Shown here: piece by piece, positions 13,755 to 26,020 of the stretch
Layout: each line of letters begins with the position of its first letter
Numbering within the stretch: position 1 is the first letter of the stretch
Assembly (NCBI RefSeq): GCF_009834535.1
Contig: NC_045696.1
Location: 54,934,001 to 54,998,000 of the forward strand
Direction of reading: 5' to 3'
DNA: 64,000 nucleotides
Origin: Camelus ferus
Lineage: Eukaryota
Translations under genes and position numbers: made by a program
Notes under the pieces: generated by a model
Seen by the model: the letters and a program-made list of their open reading frames with translations, nothing else
Database searches by the model: none
What the model was told of the DNA's origin: nothing

Positions 13755-15322
13755 TGAATGGTCAAGCTAATTCTAAAGTTCTTATGGAAATTCAAGGAAC
13801 TATGAAAACAATCTTGAAAGAAAACAAAAAGGGGGAGGACCTCCCAATATTCTTGAAAGAAAAAGAAAAGGGTGGAGGACTTCTCAATTTAAAAGCTTAC
13901 TATAAAGCTACAGTAATCAAGAAAGTCTAGTATTGGCCCAGGTTGGACATATAGACCAATGGAGTAAAATTGAGAGCCCAGAAATAAACTCATATATCCA
14001 TGGTCAACTGACCTTTAACAAGGACACTAAGACAATTGAATAGGGAAAGAATTGTCCTTGCAATAAATGGAACCTAGAGAAACTAGATGTCCACATGCAA
14101 ATAATGAGTCTGAGCCCCTACCCTATGCCATATACTAAAGATAACTCAAAATGAATCAAAGACCTAAAATTTAAGAGCTAAAACTATAGAACTCTTAGAG
14201 GAAAACAAGTATAAATCTGCATGACCTTGGATTAAACCAGTTTCTTAGATATGACATTGAAAGCATAAGCAACCAAAGGAAAAAAATAGATAAAATGAAC
14301 TTCATCAAATTTTAAAACTTTTGTGCATCTAAGGACACTATAAAGAAAGTGAAAAGACAACCTACAGAATGGCAAAGCATATATTAGTTAAGTGTTTGGT
14401 ACTCAGAATATATAAAGAATATTTACAACTCAGTAACAAAAAGACAAATAACTCAATTAAAAACGAGTAAAAGATCTAAAAAGACTTTGCCCCAAAGAAG
14501 ACGTACAAATGCCTACTAAGCACATAAAGTGCTCAACATCATCATCATCAGGGAACTGCAAATCAAAACCACAGTGAGATACCACATCGGACCCACTAAG
14601 ATGGCTAGACTTAAAACAAACAGAAACAGAAAACAAGTGGCGAGATGTGGAGACACTAGATCATTCATAAATTGCTGGTGGGAATGTAAAATGGCACAGC
14701 CCCTGTGGAAGACAGTTTGGCAGTTTATCAAAAAGTTAAACATCGAACTACTGTATGACCCAGCAATTCTATTCCTAAATGTATACTCAAGAGAATTGCA
14801 AATATATGTTCACACAAAACTGTGTACATACGTTCATAGTAGCTTTATCCACAATAAGTCAAAATTGGAAACAACCCAAATGTCTACCAACTCATGAATG
14901 GATGAACAAAATCTGGCATGTCCATGCACTGGAGCATTTTTTAGCCATTAAAAAGTAATGAAGTGCTGTTACATGCTACAACCTGGATGAACCGTGAAAA
15001 TATATTTTAAATGGAAGAAAATATACAGTATGTGACACAAAAGGCCGGGTTATATAGTTCTATTTATGTGCAATGCTTAGACTGAGTAAATCCACAGAGA
15101 AAAAGTAGATTATTGGTTTCCAGGGGCTGAGGGAAGGGAGTATTGGGACTGACTGCTAAAAGGAATGGGATTTCCTTTCTGGGTAATGGAAACATTTCAG
15201 AGTTAGATAATGTGATGACTACACAATATAGTGAATTTACAGGAAAAAAACACTGAATTGTACACTTTTAAATGGTGAATTTTACATTATGTAAACTATA
15301 TCCCAATTTTTAAAAAGGAAAA
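13755..15322 (+). mobile_element. L1 (L1MB-like): 3' part of ORF2 plus 3'UTR
   Basis: ORF 14529-14897 matches the L1 ORF2p C-terminus (IRELQIKTTVRYH...CWWECKMAQPLWKTVWQF...YDPAI). Upstream 'gcttactataaagctacagtaatcaag' encodes YYKATVIK. Ends with an L1MB-type UTR 'cactgaattgtacactttta aatggtgaatttt'. Many stops and frameshifts. Confidence 0.9.
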
Positions 15323-15889
15323 GAGAGGCAATTGTACCCATAAAACAAGAATATGCTACTATGAAAGCAGTCCTCCGAAGTTAAACTCTTCTTAGAAGTT
15401 AAAAACATTCCTAATGAAAGAAAAGTAAAAATCAAATGAACTGGCAAATTAATAAGCTGGACCCACTTAAGACTGATTTATTGACACAACGATAAAGTTA
15501 AAATGACATATATAGTAAAATAAATGAACTGAAAAATATGAAAGTATGTTTAAGAGATATGCAGACAAGTTCAAAAGAGCACCATTAATCAAATATGTTG
15601 TTTTGCAAACTTCAGGTTTAGGTCTTTAGTGGGTCATGATATCAGATTAGTGCTCTGCAAGTAGCATTTTTAAAAAATGAAATGGGATAGATCAGATAGA
15701 ACAGAATAGAATAGAAAGATATATAGCAATATGCAAATGCAGTTTCTCTCTCCCCCTCTCACTCTTCCCCCTCTCTCACCGCCAACTCTCTCTCACACAC
15801 ACCCCTAGAGAAGGTTCAGACTCGTCAGGGTAATATTTCTGAGAAAGGATGTCTGTAAGTGAATATGGTTCTTTCTGCAGCCCACAAAG

Positions 15890-16420
15890 TGTTGAACCAA
15901 ACAGAGATAATACCTACTCTTATGAGGTTACCAGTATATTGGGAAAGGCAGATATTAAACAAATAAACATAAATAAATACGTAATTAGCACCCATGTTAA
16001 ATGCCATAAACTATAAACGGCATTTATTGGAGGCAGGGAGGCTAAGGGAGTTATATAATCAGGGATGTCTTCTCTGAGATGAAATGTTTACACTGGGGCT
16101 TAAAGAATGAATAAGAATAAACCAAGAGAAAACTGGGAGAAAGCTTCTTCCAGGCACAGGGAACATCATGTGTAAACTCCCTGATACTGTGAACAGATTG
16201 CCAGGTTCAAGGAACTGAAGAGATGACTGTATTGTTGAGCAGAGCGAGTGAGAAAGCAGAAGTCTTAAGACCCTGGGCAGAGGCTAGGATCCGTGATTTG
16301 GATACAAGAGCAATGAAAAGTCACTGAAGTAGTTTAGGAAAATAGGCGTTTCGATCTCATTTATATATTTAGAAGATTATGTTGACTGCTAGGTAGAGAA
16401 TTGATTGGATAGGGAAAATA
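15890..16420 (-). mobile_element. L2 fragment
   Basis: 'ttccaggcacagggaacatcatgtgtaaactccctga', 'gagcaatgaaaagtcactgaagtagttt'. Confidence 0.7.
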
Positions 16421-16523
16421 ACTTCAAGATAACAGTTTCAAATCACTGTACTCATGTTAAGTGTTAGATGTAATTGCTCACAAATCGTCTTAGACTGATG
16501 ACTCATCTCAGGATGCCTGGTAC

Positions 16524-17085
16524 TGTAGGGGAGGAAAAAAACTTTCCTCTGCCCTTTTAAGTTCTGCAACTGGGACCTTGCAAATTAAGCTGACAGACAA
16601 ATTAACAAGAGAAAAGGCATTAGGTAGCTTGGGGGGTGGGGAGGGAAGCTTCACAGGAATGAAGTGAAAAATCCCCCCCTCAACAAGTGGTTAGGCCTGA
16701 TAGCCTATATATCATTTTAACAAAGAGTGATAATTGTGGAGATTTATCTTCACAAGACAAAGGAAATGGGGTTGGGCTTCTAGGGTTTGTAAATTGCGGA
16801 GGGTAAATATATGGGGCAAACTAAAGGCAGATGAGGTTATTTTAGTAGGTTTGTTTGTGCAGATCTGAGTTGGCATCATCTCCAATGGCAAGAGTCCTCT
16901 CCTCTTCCTGGGCCAGGAGAGAGGAGGAAGTCACATTCACAATGGGAAATTTATGCCTTGCTTTTAAACCAATGGGGGCAGGTAGAGGGTCTTTTTCTGT
17001 CTGCTGTTTCTCAATCGCTTTCAGCTCAAAATAGACCTTATGCCAAAATGGCATATTTGAAGGTGGAACATTCTGATCCTCTTCA
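16524..17085 (-). mobile_element. ERV1 solo LTR (MER34-like) with a 4-bp TSD
   Basis: TG...CA termini, with GTAC duplicated at 16520-16523 and 17086-17089. The minus strand begins 'tgaagaggatcagaatgttccaccttcaaatatgccattttggcataagg', like MER34-group LTRs. Confidence 0.88.
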
Positions 17086-17114
17086 GTACAATGCTAAGAT
17101 TATGGTCTTCTGAG

Positions 17115-17550
17115 ACAAAGAGCATTGAACTCAACTTTCAGTTCCAGCACATACTAGCTCTTCAACCTTGGGCAATGATGATAACAGACAGCATTCGCTG
17201 ATTTCATATTACATACCAGACAGTGTTCTAATAAATTCTATACTCGTTATCTCGTTGAATCCTCAGAACAACCCTATGGAGTCAGGTATCACATTATACG
17301 TATTCCAGTACATGTAAGAAAACTGACTACAAGGTTTACTAACTTAATCATGACACATAACTACTTCGGTGGTAAGTCAGCTTTTGAACTCAGGCAATCT
17401 TGAAGCCCCATGTTCTGCTGAGCTACCTTGGTGTCATGGCAACTTCATTTCATCCATAAAGTACAGGTAAGGAAATTAATTCATAGGATTAATACAAGAT
17501 TAAATGAAAAAAACTATGTCAAATTCTAAGTCCAGTATCAGCACAAAGTT
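17115..17550. mobile_element. MIR (+) interrupted by a near full-length MIR (-) at ~17177-17427
   Basis: The outer MIR stops at 'accttgggcaat' and resumes near 'tttcatccataaa...taggattaatacaagattaaatga'. The inner antisense copy has 'gaatcctcagaacaaccctatgga...gaaaactgac'. Confidence 0.65.
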
Positions 17551-18804
17551 GCAGTTTTTACATTTACTTTAAGAGAATAATATAGCTTTGCTTTTTAAAA
17601 AAAAAGTTTAAAAAATTTCAAAGCGCTTTAAGTGCTCATGAATTTCATAGTCCAGTAAGTTAAGAGAAATTGAGAACATTAATGTCATGCACCAGTGCAT
17701 CATTTCCACCTGGCTAAAGTCATAACTTTTCATTGACATCAATGCTCAGCAATCAGTCATCAACAACCGTGTCTGGAAAACACAGAATAGAAGTGAAGAA
17801 CTGGCCATCATTTTGGCAGTCTTTAACCTGAGAGCCATACTGTTAGAGCTGGCAGGAACTGGACCAACTGGGCAGCTGACAAAATTGAGTCTTAGAAAGG
17901 TAAATATAGGGCGAGTGAATAGGTACTTTCTTAACTCAATACCGTGATTTTTGAAAATAAATTCACAAACATACACAAATATCACCACTTGACACAAATA
18001 TCACAAATTGATTTTCTGATGAAATAGAGGTGGTAGAGTCAGCCTTTCCCAGCCAAAATACTAGCAGAGCAAACTGTGGTAACCATCTTCACAGTCTCTT
18101 TACTTGACATTTCTACAGTGGGGATAGCAACCAGGATGTACCACTTCTAAGAAGATGCCACCTACTCTCATATGCATATTATACCTTATGAGTGGTGTAA
18201 CTCCTCAGAAAACATGATGCAGCTTTATAATGATGAGGTAATAAGTATCATTTTATGAGCATGAAAAACATTAAATTAGACTGTATCTTGGTATACTATA
18301 TGAGTTGAAAGTCAATCAATTGAGTACTGACTCTTAACTGCAGCCCTCCTTCCTGGACCACCCATTCCCAGTTGCCAATCTTGGAGTCTCACAGTAGCCA
18401 AACAATTTAGGTAAGCCCATTTTCTGGTCTACATTTTCATGAATGCCTCAGTTCTACATGTTATTCCATATGTGAGAAGACAGGAAGTATGTAAGAAGAA
18501 AAACTGACCCTAATTAATAAAACCCCTGCAAGTATAGAGTTAGTTAAAAATGATGTGGAGGTAAGTTCTCCCGAGGCTGAGATGGGAAAGGTAACACTCC
18601 CAGCCCCACCTTTCCTTGCTTCAAGCCACACAGGGGTAAGTAATCAAAATCAACATAGAGAAACACTTTACTCCTTTATTTGCCTTTATTCTACATTATT
18701 GCATTGCTTAGAAAGAAAAGAGTAAAGTCAAGATGAAAGATGAAGCCTTATAGAAAAAGAGTAACAGAATAAACAGTGGAGTCAGGTGGGGGAACATAGG
18801 CTTT

Positions 18805-19170
18805 TACACCAGACAGTCCTGCCTTCATATCTCATTCTTCCCAGCTGGTGACTTAGTCAAGTTACTTAACCTCTTAAACCCCCATTACCAAGTCTGAAAA
18901 ATACTATGCACTTCGTGGGGTTTTCTGAGGAAATGATATGTACATAAAACATGCCAGACATCAGACTAAATACTTTACATGGATTATGTCATTTAATCCT
19001 CATGAGAACCCTATGAGGTAAGTACTATCACCATTCTCATTTTACAGAGGAAAAAATCGAGGTTTCAAGAATCACAGTAATTTGTTCCAGGTTATAGAGC
19101 TGCTAAGTTTTCCAGCCACGACCAGCCTATTACATACCAAAGCCCAGACTTGGACCCACTACTTTAACTA
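18805..19170. mobile_element. Two MIRs in opposite orientation, tail to tail
   Basis: Plus copy 'gtcaagttacttaacctctt'. Minus copy 'tcatttaatcctcatgagaaccctatgaggtaagtactatcaccattctcattttacagagg'. Confidence 0.75.
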
Positions 19171-19249
19171 TATTTTTCTTTGAGGTAATGGGTTCCCTTT
19201 CCAAGGGGCTCTTTCCTGCCCATGGAAGGTATGTGTTCTCCTCCATTAT

Positions 19250-19475
19250 TCCAAGAACCACATTCTGAGCATTTCCTTCAGAACACTCATCCCAGTTTGA
19301 AATTACATATTCATGCACATTCTTACTTGTTTGCTCCCCCCGCCCCGCCATTGGACAGTAATCCTCTCAAAGGTAGGGTCAAACTGGTTTTGTTGCTCAC
19401 CTACATGCCACAGCGCGTAAGGAGCTTGATGCATAGTAAGTATTCAATAAATACGTCAAAAGAGATGAAAAAATG
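19250..19475 (+). mobile_element. L2 3' end
   Basis: 'gcatagtaagtattcaataaatacg', preceded by 'ctctcaaaggtagggtc...ttttgttgctcacc'. Confidence 0.65.
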
Positions 19476-19949
19476 AGCGCAGGGATCAGTGAATAAAGGT
19501 CAGAGGAACGTTAGGCTGTGACTGCTCATCCCACTTTCCTCAGGCCCAGGCACAATGCCTGAGGCGTCAGGGGCTCAGCAATGCTGACTGAACGAACGAA
19601 TATGAGTAGGTCACACGGAAACAGATTTGTATTCCTGAATTTAAGTCATTAAATTCATCCCTTCATTCACTCAGTAGTTAGCAAGAAAACATGAGTGTGA
19701 CCTCACAGAATTCCCTTCTAAAAGGAGGAAAGATGTTAAAACAATTTAGAAATAATTTTAAGCATTTCTAGCTTTCACTATAAAATTTTTGGCTCTTACC
19801 TTCTAGTTATATGTTTTTAACCCATTCTCTCTTCTTCTTCAGTTAAGATCATCCGTAAGTTCTTCTAGAGCTATAATCTCTGTTTTTCTCTCCATGATCT
19901 CCTGCATCTTGATCTCGGGGCTTCAAAATAGGGTCTCTATTTCCACCCA

Positions 19950-20705
19950 AGACCTACTGCATTCGGGAGAGAGGTCAGCAGTCTGTATTTTAACAAACCC
20001 TCTGCTAGGGTCCTGGTTATCTTGCATCCAAACCACCTGAAGAGCTTGTTAACCCACAGATTCCTGGGCTCAACCCTCGGAGTTTCTGATTCAAGGAGGT
20101 CTAGGGAGGGGCCTGACAATTTGCATTTCTAACAAGCTCCACGTGATGTTAATGCTGCAGGCCCAGGAACCATACTTTGAGAAGTATTAGTCTACAGTCT
20201 AGCCATAAGCCTGGAGTCCTCAAACCTGGCCACATATTTCAGCCACCTGGGGACTCAATGCCCAAGAGGCATTTCAAAACAACTAAGTCAGAATGTCTGG
20301 GGTGGAGCCACAGTTTTTAAAGTTCTCCAGGTGAAGCCAATGTAGAGCCCAAGTTTGAGAATCATTCTAGATCAAAGCTTCTCAAACTTAATGAGCATAC
20401 TATCTCCGAAAGCCTGGGACAAGGTCTTTGCTCATAAAATGTGGTCTGCAGAGCAGCGATTTGAACCTCTCCTAGGACTTATAAGAACTTTAGATCTCTG
20501 GCCCCACCTCAAACCTCTACTTTAGAATCTGCATTTTGACAAGATCCTGGGATGATTTTTTTTTTCTTTTTTGGTGGGGAGGGTAGTTAAGTTTATTTAT
20601 TTTTAATGGAGGTACTGAGGATTGAACCTAGGACCTCATGCATGCTAAGCATGTGCTCTACCACTGAGCTGTACCCTCCCACTTGCACATTAGTATTTAG
20701 ATGTG
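19950..20705. mobile_element. Cluster of about five MER5A/B-like hAT-Charlie MITEs
   Basis: Repeated MER5 hallmarks: 'ctgtattttaacaaaccctc', 'tttgcatttctaacaagctccacgtgatg...actttgagaag', 'ctccaggtgaagccaatg...gtttgagaatcattctag', 'gaatctgcattttgacaagatcc'. Confidence 0.8.
20556..20680 (-). mobile_element. tRNA-Ala(AGC)-derived SINE (camelid Vic-1-like), inserted into a MER5 copy
   Basis: Minus strand 20680-20607 reads gggagggtacagctcagtggtagagcacatgcttagcatgcatgaggtcctaggttcaatcctcagtacctcca (tRNA-Ala-like, A and B boxes), followed by an A-rich body and A tail. Confidence 0.88.
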
Positions 20706-21479
20706 TATCCATGTATACACAAGTGCATCCTTTCCCCAAGTCCTCCTATCTTTGCTCTATTATTGTCCAGATTATACATCATACTAGTCTCTGTTGCATC
20801 CACTCAAGGTCTTCAAACTTCCTGAACAGTAGAAAATTTGCAGTCTCTTTGTGGCTATATCACAGAGTGTGGTGATTTCTATAATTTGAGATGAGCAGGG
20901 CATCCCAGGGAATGAGGGAGAGGGTGGAAGCACCCATAGGAGAGACAGATGTTTTAAGATGGGACGGGTATTCCTTCCTAATTCTACTAATGACTGAAGC
21001 ACAAGAACCACCAGGCTCTTTATGCTTTTAGAGCAGATGGAGACAAATTTTAAACTGCCTCTGATGAGTCAGAGATCCAAGTTCTATTCTGGGTTCTGTG
21101 ACTTTGGAAAGCTTGTTTATCTCAGCTCCAACTAGTCAAGTTGTGGAATAACTTTGCCTTAAAAAAAAAGTCATAGAAAGCAGCAGTGCCACCAGCCAAC
21201 TTCACATTTCCCCTGCTACTCTGGGGGATAAAAATGGCTGCGTTGGCACCAGATCAACCTTCAGCTTTGGAGAAGAGGCTGGGATGGAATAAAGAAATTC
21301 TAAGCATTCCCCTTTGGATAAAAAACAAAAACCATAGAAAGAATAAAAGAGAATAGAGTCTGGGCAGCAAGAAAAACACACTATAGCTGTGTCATTGAAA
21401 TGACAACAGAGGAAGGAAATAATTGCAGATTAATGGGAAAGTCATGCCTGGACAGCCAAAACCCCAATAAAGGAGTGAC

Positions 21480-21670
21480 AGTAATAATAATTAGCATTTA
21501 CTTCGCTATTTGTCTAGTTTGGGCTCACAATTTTATGAAGAGCTTACTATGTGATTATTCCCATTTTACAGGTGAAAAAACCTGATGCCTAAAAGGTCAA
21601 TGTCCAAAATCACATAAATCATAAATGTCAGTACTAGAGGGTAACCTTATCTTACATCTTTGAATTCTAC
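21480..21670 (-). mobile_element. MIR
   Basis: 'attattcccattttacaggtgaaaaaacctgatgcct'. Confidence 0.7.
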
Positions 21671-21864
21671 AGGTTTTCTTGGAAATATTTCTTATGTGTT
21701 TCAAAGAAGCTAAATGCTCCCCATCGTTACAAAGCCCTTGGTGACGTTTGCTTATCATCTTTCACTATGATGGCATGATAATTTTCCTAATTTAAGAAAA
21801 TCCGATGGGGATCCATGGAGCGAGACAAAGGAGGTGGGTCAGATTACCAAGTGATGATCCAATT

Positions 21865-22030
21865 CAGTGTTTTCCAAACATTATTAAAAAATAAAATCAC
21901 ATGGGTGACTGTTAAATACCTTATTTCACCAGGCACTCTGTAGATTCTGGTTTAAAATATCTTTGATGGGGCCTGGGAACTTGCATTTTTAAGTATGTAT
22001 ACCCACTTTTTCTTTCATTAGAGAAGACTG
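21865..22030. mobile_element. MER5-like hAT MITE
   Basis: 'cagtgttttccaaac...gatggggcctgggaacttgcatttttaag'. Confidence 0.55.
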
Positions 22031-22869
22031 AGGAGGATTGATCTTCTTAACTCATGAATCTACAATTAGGATTATAATTATAATTAAATGAAAATACATG
22101 CCATTAGAATATTTCTAATGTCTGTCTCTTTAACCCACGGTGGATCCAGGCATCCCCTCCCTAGTTCTGTATCAACCCTTATCCTGTTGTTTGTGTTTTA
22201 ATAAAATGATCTGGCAATTAAAGGGATGTTTTGATATCATATGATCTGTGAGTAAGGGTCCTTGTTTACTGCAGCTCTGAGCTTTCTGCCCTATGCTCAC
22301 ATACCACTTGGAAATTAATATGTGAGCCTAAAGCTCTGGTATTTTAGTTGAAACAATCTGGTAACCCTCTCCAGCATCCAATAACTCCTGCTCTCAGGAA
22401 AAGAATTTCACATTCTATCTAAATCTTTAATATGGCAATTTAGCTCCTAGTATTGCTAGCTATCTGGTACCAATGTTTACTGCCTCAAATCCTTTTTTTT
22501 TTTTAATAGATAGGGTATAAATTCCAGTAGATAAATAACCAAAAGTTAGGATGGAGAGACTGTATGGAAAACCAGATGGGCAAGGCATAGAAATCTATGC
22601 TGTTGATCAGTCTGTTCATTGATGAGGATTTATGGAGCTAGGATGGAACTGATTCAATGTATAGGCATGGGGTGATAACATACGCAATGCTAAACTGCAG
22701 CATATGTGGATTATAGAAGTTGTCAGAAAAGGAAGTGGTAATAACATAACAATTTAGAAATAATATAGAAAAGCTAGGGGCCAAATAAATCATGGTAATA
22801 CAATTCAGTTAGGTTGGCTTTAGTAAGAAGAGGTAACAAGAACAAAGTGCATAACAAGAATAGCAACAA

Positions 22870-23070
22870 AAGTACTAATAGGTAGCATCATTCAGCGCGA
22901 ACTTTGTGCCACAAACTGTTCTTAGCACTTTACACAAAATGTCTCAATTAATACTGAAATAAGTACTATTGCTATCTCTATTTTACAGATAAAGAAACTG
23001 GGGCAGAGAGAGGTTAATAAATTTGACTAAGGTCAAACAGTTTACAAGTGACTGAGGCAATTAGATTCAT
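22870..23070 (-). mobile_element. MIR
   Basis: 'ctattttacagataaagaaactggggcagagagaggttaataaatttgactaaggtcaaacag'. Confidence 0.8.
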
Positions 23071-24576
23071 AGGCAAATAACACAGGATTTTGAAATTGTA
23101 CCTCAAGGCAGCTTAATTTACATACAATGTAACTTTATGCCACATCCCAGGCCCTCCAGCCTTGATCTCTGCCATTGTCTTAAAGAATCCTCCCTTCTGA
23201 AACCCGCAGTTTCCATGTAACTGTTAACTCATGGTTCACCAACAAATTGTCTTCTGATATCTCCAGCCTACTACCCTGAAGGGGAATTCACGAGAAAATA
23301 CGATAGGATGGCAAAAATCGTAAATCACACAAACACAGCCCAAATGAAATAGTAGCAGGATGCCAAATTTCCATCAAATTCATAAAACATAAACAACCAG
23401 TCTTTACAATTCAGAACCAAATAACTCCATGTCCTTCATAAATTATGGTAATTAAATTTAATCAAGGGTAATGACTACATAATCCCAGGCACAGCTCATC
23501 TACATTTTCTGAATGTGGTGAAGTCCTGCTGAGGAAGTCTGTTGAGCCCTCCAGGGATTCCTGTCCATGTCTTGGATGCTGCTTGAAATGAATACAAACC
23601 TGTTCAGGGTTAGCTCATCCAAGGTCAGAATACAGATCTCCTACACAGGCACTAAGCACCTACAATTTGTAGAGCTTATTTTGCTTTTTTGTTCACCTCC
23701 CCCACCTAGTTTGAAAAGGAGGCAGAGAATTCTGGTAAATAAGGTAAACTCTTTACTTATTACAGAATCTCCCTTGCAACCAAAAAGAAATCCCCATGGA
23801 AATAGTTTGTAATGGAATCTGAGCTATGATAAAATATGCACATTTATGCAGAGGAGTAAAGATTGATTGACTCTTTTACTCTATGAAGAGACCAGGGATA
23901 TTTATTGATTAGATGTTTTATAGCATCTTCCTTCTGAAACTTATGCACAGCTGGGGAAAAGTTTGTCCACGGGATATAATTTATCGGGGGTGAGGGGAGC
24001 AGGTGAGAGAAATAGTAAAAAAAAATCATTAGGAAATATACAAGCCCCTGATAGACCAGGTAGAGGAAAATGCATGTGTCGGGAAGCATGCTATCAACGG
24101 ACTGGGAGAAAAAGCTGAACCCTAGTTTATTATGAAGCGAAGAAGGATGAAGATGCACACACAAGCACGCACAGGCACACACACAGGGTTTTAGAAACAA
24201 TTAACTGAAAATATTATTAATTAAAGTGATAAAAGCAAGACTGCTAAGGACCTCCGGAGCACTGAAAGCCCACGTTCCCATTTTCTCCTCCTCCCAGCAC
24301 AGAGAAATCTCTTTCTGGATGAGAGGGGATCAGCAAGGGCCTGATGCATTTCTCGCTTCAGCTTCTCTCAGACACTCTGCTCTCCTTGAAAAATTTCTCC
24401 CACTCTGAGCCTCTGACTTTAGGAGACAAAAGCTAAGAGGTCTTTGGGGTCTACATCTAGTTTCCTCCCCTACACAAAACCCCCTAAGAGAACAGAGAAA
24501 ACATCAGTTACCTGATGGGGAAAGGGAGATAAGGAAAGGCTAAGGAGTAAGAAAAAAAATTAACAGGTCAAAATAC

Positions 24577-25231
24577 TGCTGCCAGTAGATGTAGCCGGTG
24601 TCCAGGTTCTTATCCCACCCAAGAAAGAATTAAAAGACAAGCCACTGAGGTCAAGAAAGTAAAGTGAGGATCTTTTAAGGGATAGACAGTACACTCTCAA
24701 GGGGAAAGCGGGCAGGCTCAGGTGAGCAGCTGCCCTGAGTTTCTTTGGCAAGTTGGTCACATAGAGTGTGAAAATGAATGGGTGGAATATTCATTAGGTA
24801 GGAAAGCTTTTGTACTCGTATTCCCTGATTTTCATCCCAACTCTACCTTCCTGAAGGGAGGAGGGATTTTTGTCCTTATTTAGTCTGGATCCGAAGTGTC
24901 ATTGCATCAGTGCATGATGGGTACTTCTAATCTGCAAGGCTAATTTTATTGAAATGAGGGCATAATAAGCAAGAGGTTACATTTGGACTGAAGATTCCTG
25001 CCTTTTCCCACCTTTCTTTGTTGGCCTCTAGGCCTCTCACCACCCCAAAAGGTGTGAACACTTATCAGCCCAGAGGTTCCTGCTTTTCCTCCTCTGCCCA
25101 GGGACCCCTGGTGCTTACATGATGTATGGTTTCCTGTATTTGGCCTGTGTCTCTCCTTTTGGCCCAATTCCTGCCATTTGGCCTGTGTCCCCCCTCCTCT
25201 GCTCTTATCTAGCTAAGTGCCTGCTCTAACA
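24577..25231 (-). mobile_element. ERV1-class solo LTR (lineage-specific looking)
   Basis: TG...CA ends. The minus strand begins 'tgttagagcaggcacttagctagataag' and carries a repeated U3 motif (tttggcctgtgtc twice) and a U5-like end 'ttctttcttgggtgggataagaacctggacacc'. No clean TSD (atac vs attt). Confidence 0.75.
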
Positions 25232-26020
25232 ATTTTATCCATCTACCCATGTGGACCACCAGGGTTTAAGGCCCAATGAAAAACAAAAAGCTGGGTAGCT
25301 GGACAAGCAAATCGCTAAAGGGCTAAAGAAGGAACAACTAGCCTTAATTGAGGAATTTTTTTTCTCTTCAACAATACACTGGAATACATTTTAGAACAGT
25401 CAAAACCCCTCAAAGGTTTGTTCATATTTACATGCAAAGAAAGAATAAATCATCTGGCAAAAATGCCATTCGGGTCCTAGCAATATATTTAAAGTACTGT
25501 GATGTCTTTCCTCAATTCAAGAATTGACTTCAACAACACAAAATAAACCATTTTAGGGGGGGATACTTAACTATGTTAGGGAGAACGTGGACTTAACTTG
25601 ACCCTTTGGTAATTATAGACTAAATCTTTTATTTTATAAAACAGGCAAAATAAATCGAACTATCAACGGGCTTAGAAGAGAAACTGCAGATGAAGTTGCT
25701 TTGTAAATTGTAAACTATTATAAAATATGCTGCTTCCACCCTTTGCAACATCCTAATGTGCACCTATGAGGTACCAGCCCAAATTTTCGCCCCCAACCTC
25801 TGCCCCCATAGACTTTTCCTACCCAGCTGCAATTCATATCCATACTGTCTATTGTCACCAGGTGAGTCGTTCCTCCTTGATGCAAGCCCACGGTTGCCAT
25901 CGCTTCCCTCTGCCCACATGATACCCCATCCCTTTGCTGCCGATTGGCTGCTGTTACCGGTGATGGAGGCTGATGCAGATGGATTCCAGCAGTTCTCATG
26001 AGTATTTTATGTGCTTTTGC

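Noticed and set aside
14529..14897. 122-aa ORF with real protein homology
   Set aside because: It is a fragment of a dead L1 ORF2, surrounded by stops and frameshifts, not a host gene. The same holds for 37064-37453 and 37757-37996.
17746..17946. Open frames on both strands, with an AAG|GTAAAT donor-like site on the plus strand
   Set aside because: No good acceptor and no recognisable peptide in either orientation.
20607..20680. tRNA-Ala(AGC) gene
   Set aside because: It is followed by a SINE body and A tail rather than a T-run terminator, has stem mismatches, and sits inside a MER5 copy. Called as a SINE.
22510..22760. Additional CR1/L3 fragments here and near 32150-32400
   Set aside because: The resemblance is faint, with no collinear protein motifs I can defend by eye.
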